Source of the DNA: Felis catus
Taxonomy: Eukaryota
Length of the DNA stretch: 60,000 bases
Reading direction: 5' to 3'
Assembly (NCBI RefSeq): GCF_018350175.1
Contig: NC_058383.1
Coordinates: forward strand, 18,726,001 to 18,786,000
Notes under the pieces: generated by a model
What the model saw: only the letters and a program-made list of their open reading frames with translations
The model's database searches: none
Told to the model about the DNA's origin: nothing
Translations under genes and position numbers: made by a program
Shown here: positions 58,125 through 60,000 of the stretch, piece after piece
Numbering within the stretch: position 1 is the first letter of the stretch
Layout of the letters: each line of letters begins with the position of its first letter

Positions 58125-60000
58125 AATAAATAAACATTAAAAAATTTAAAAAAAAAAACAAAAAAAACAACAACAGTCAAATCACTGCCTCCTTCACGTC
58201 AAGCGCTCTGCAAACTCATCTTCTCTTTACACCGAGGCTGGGAAGGGGGGATGGTCCCAGGCCAATGCTCTGCTATGCGTGGAGGATAAGGGCCAGCAGG
58301 GGGCCCCCGGGCTGTCAGCACCCACACTCCCCTTACCGGCACTAAGCTGGGCAGTGACTCCTCGTGACCCTCATCCTGCTCCAGGCCCCGGGGGGCTGAA
58401 GACAGCGGCTGCTCGGCCCGGAGTCCTTGGTTTTCCTCAGTCAGCCGCTTTACCTCGTGGCTCAGGCACTTGTGTGATGTGGCCAGCTCTGCCTGGGGAT
58501 GCATAGTCAGTAGGAGGGGATGAGGGGGACAGGGTGTCACCAGAGCCCCGTGAGGCCAAACCCTGACCCCTCCTCCTGACACCCTCCGCCGCTGAGAAAG
58601 GAAGAAGCACCCTTTATTAAGTGCCTTTGACCCCCAAGCTTCTTATACACTCTTCTTTTAATTTTTTATTTTGAGAGAGCGTGAATGGGAAGGGGCAGAG
58701 AGAGACAGAGAGACAGGCAGACAGAATCCCAAGCAGGCTCCGCGCCATCAGCACAGAGCCCGATGTGGGGCTCGAACTCACAAACCGTGAGATCATGGCC
58801 AGAGCCGAAATCAGGAGTCAGATGCTCAACCGACCGAGCCACCCAGGCATCCCCTTTATACACCTGCCTCGGTGGCTTGGAGGTCACAAGTGGAGGGCCA
58901 CCTCGAGTGTTTTATTTGGTCCGTACTTTTTTTTGGTTGTTTTTAAGCTTCAATTAGGTGCCAACTTTAGGGGCGCCTGGGTGGCTCAGTCGGTTAAGCG
59001 TCTGACTTCAGCTCGGGTCATGATCTTGCGGCTCATGGGTTCGAGCCCCCTGTCAAGCTCTGTGCTGACAACTTGGAGCCTGGAGCCTGCTTCGGATTCT
59101 GTGTCTCCCTGTATCTCTGCCCTTCCCCCACGTGCGCATGCACACGCGCGCGCTCTCTCTCTCAAAAATAAACGTTAACAAAATTTTTTTTAATTAGTTG
59201 TCAACTTTAAAAGTCAGGAGACAGCACGCAAATACCCAGGCTTCTGGCTTCTCTGGACAAATCAGAAAACCTGGCAGCATCGAGCCCGCATTTCCATGTG
59301 GCTCCGGTCACAGAGCCGAGGGGCAGCGGTGCCCTTTGCGGTCCTCTCGGCTCGGCCACAGCGCGCCTTCCTGTCTACACCTGGCCCGGAGAATCACGTA
59401 CGTTTCCCGGCTGGACTCGGGGAGTATCCAGTTCTGCAAACCTTGCTTTTAAGCTGCACGACTGTGCACGCCAGGTCCCACCATCTCGATTTCAAGGAGC
59501 CGAGGCAGAGGCTCCAAGCTTGTGGGGTCAGCTCAGGATCACTGAGCTGGTGCGTGGGGGGCCCCGTGCGAACGCAGAACCCTTGCTCTGACCGCAGTGC
59601 CCGGTGCCCTGGAAACCCTTCGTGCGCCTGACCGACACCAACTCCAGGGCACAGCCTGAGCCGCCGGGGGGCGGGGCAGGACAGGTGTCTTGACCTTTCC
59701 ACGTGCCCCTCTCGGCCAATCCCCGTCACACTCCTCTCCCTCGTGCCCGGCCCCCAGCCCTCACCATCTGCAGCTGAACCCGCTCCTGGGCCTGGCTCAC
59801 GGTCCCCTGCAGGGTCCGCAGCAGCTGCTCTGAGTTCTGGACCTGGGCCAGGAGCACTTGCATCTGTGGGTGGAAGGAGGTGAGGGTGAGGTCGGGGCCA
59901 GGAGGCAGGCCGCCGCCGGGGGCCCTGCTGGGGCTGCGGCAGAGCGGGACCCACCTGCTTGGCACAGTCCTCGTTGCTCCGTCTCAGACCCTCCTGCAGC
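55855..60000 (-). CDS. RABEP2: Rabaptin, RAB GTPase-binding effector protein 2 (3' part; continues beyond the window)
   Basis: In-frame exons encode a coiled coil and the Rab5-binding C-terminus (ELETSEQVQRDFVRLSQALQVRLERIRQAESLEQV...DIKDT*). Confidence 0.95.
56388..56504 (-). CDS. RABEP2: RABEP2 exon
   Basis: AQLTDLLSEQRAK...SQALQ. Confidence 0.93.
56767..56822 (-). CDS. RABEP2: RABEP2 exon
   Basis: SLCSLRTEMERIQQEQSK. Confidence 0.9.
56925..56936 (-). CDS. RABEP2: RABEP2 12-nt microexon
   Basis: gcag|AGGTGATGGAGG|gtgagt with a long pyrimidine tract. Confidence 0.8.
57081..57258 (-). CDS. RABEP2: RABEP2 exon
   Basis: ELQQLVHHTRQEAR...VQREET. Confidence 0.92.
57929..58168 (+). mobile_element. 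CAN-SINE
   Basis: Full head, (CT)n, A tail. Confidence 0.92.
58337..58492 (-). CDS. RABEP2: RABEP2 exon
   Basis: AELATSHKCLSHEVKRL...PSLVP. Confidence 0.92.
58660..58853 (-). mobile_element. CAN-SINE
   Basis: Reverse body and head. Confidence 0.88.
58970..59190 (+). mobile_element. CAN-SINE
   Basis: Full head and body. Confidence 0.9.
59765..59863 (-). CDS. RABEP2: RABEP2 exon
   Basis: MQVLLAQVQNSEQ...VQLQM. Confidence 0.92.
59955..60000 (-). CDS. RABEP2: RABEP2 exon (truncated by window end)
   Basis: LQEGLRRSNEDCAKQ|gtggg. Confidence 0.88.

Overview
Mammalian genomic DNA, almost certainly from a feliform carnivore (many CAN-SINE/SINEC_Fc-type elements). It is syntenic with the human distal 16p11.2 gene cluster. 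In order: ATXN2L (+; exon 2 to 3' end, exon 1 is upstream of the window), TUFM (-; complete, 10 exons, 452 aa), a TUFM/SH2B1 bidirectional CpG promoter, about 10 kb of repeat-rich DNA (SINEs, MER21/MaLR/LTR16-like LTRs, L2, MIR, hAT), SH2B1 (+; complete, alpha/beta/gamma/delta C-termini), ATP2A1/SERCA1 (+; complete, 23 exons, 993/1000 aa isoforms) and the 3' part of RABEP2 (-). All genes are known and I see no novel multi-gene system. The best second-look items are: a spliced SH2B1 uORF that either ends in an ATGA stop/start overlap or becomes an in-frame N-terminal extension depending on acceptor choice; back-to-back poly(A) signals of ATP2A1 and RABEP2; an A20 run in an ATXN2L splice acceptor; multi-frame terminal exons; and microexons. 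Exon boundaries were read by eye from GT/AG sites and reading-frame continuity. Comparisons with human proteins and repeat-family names are from memory, not from a database search.
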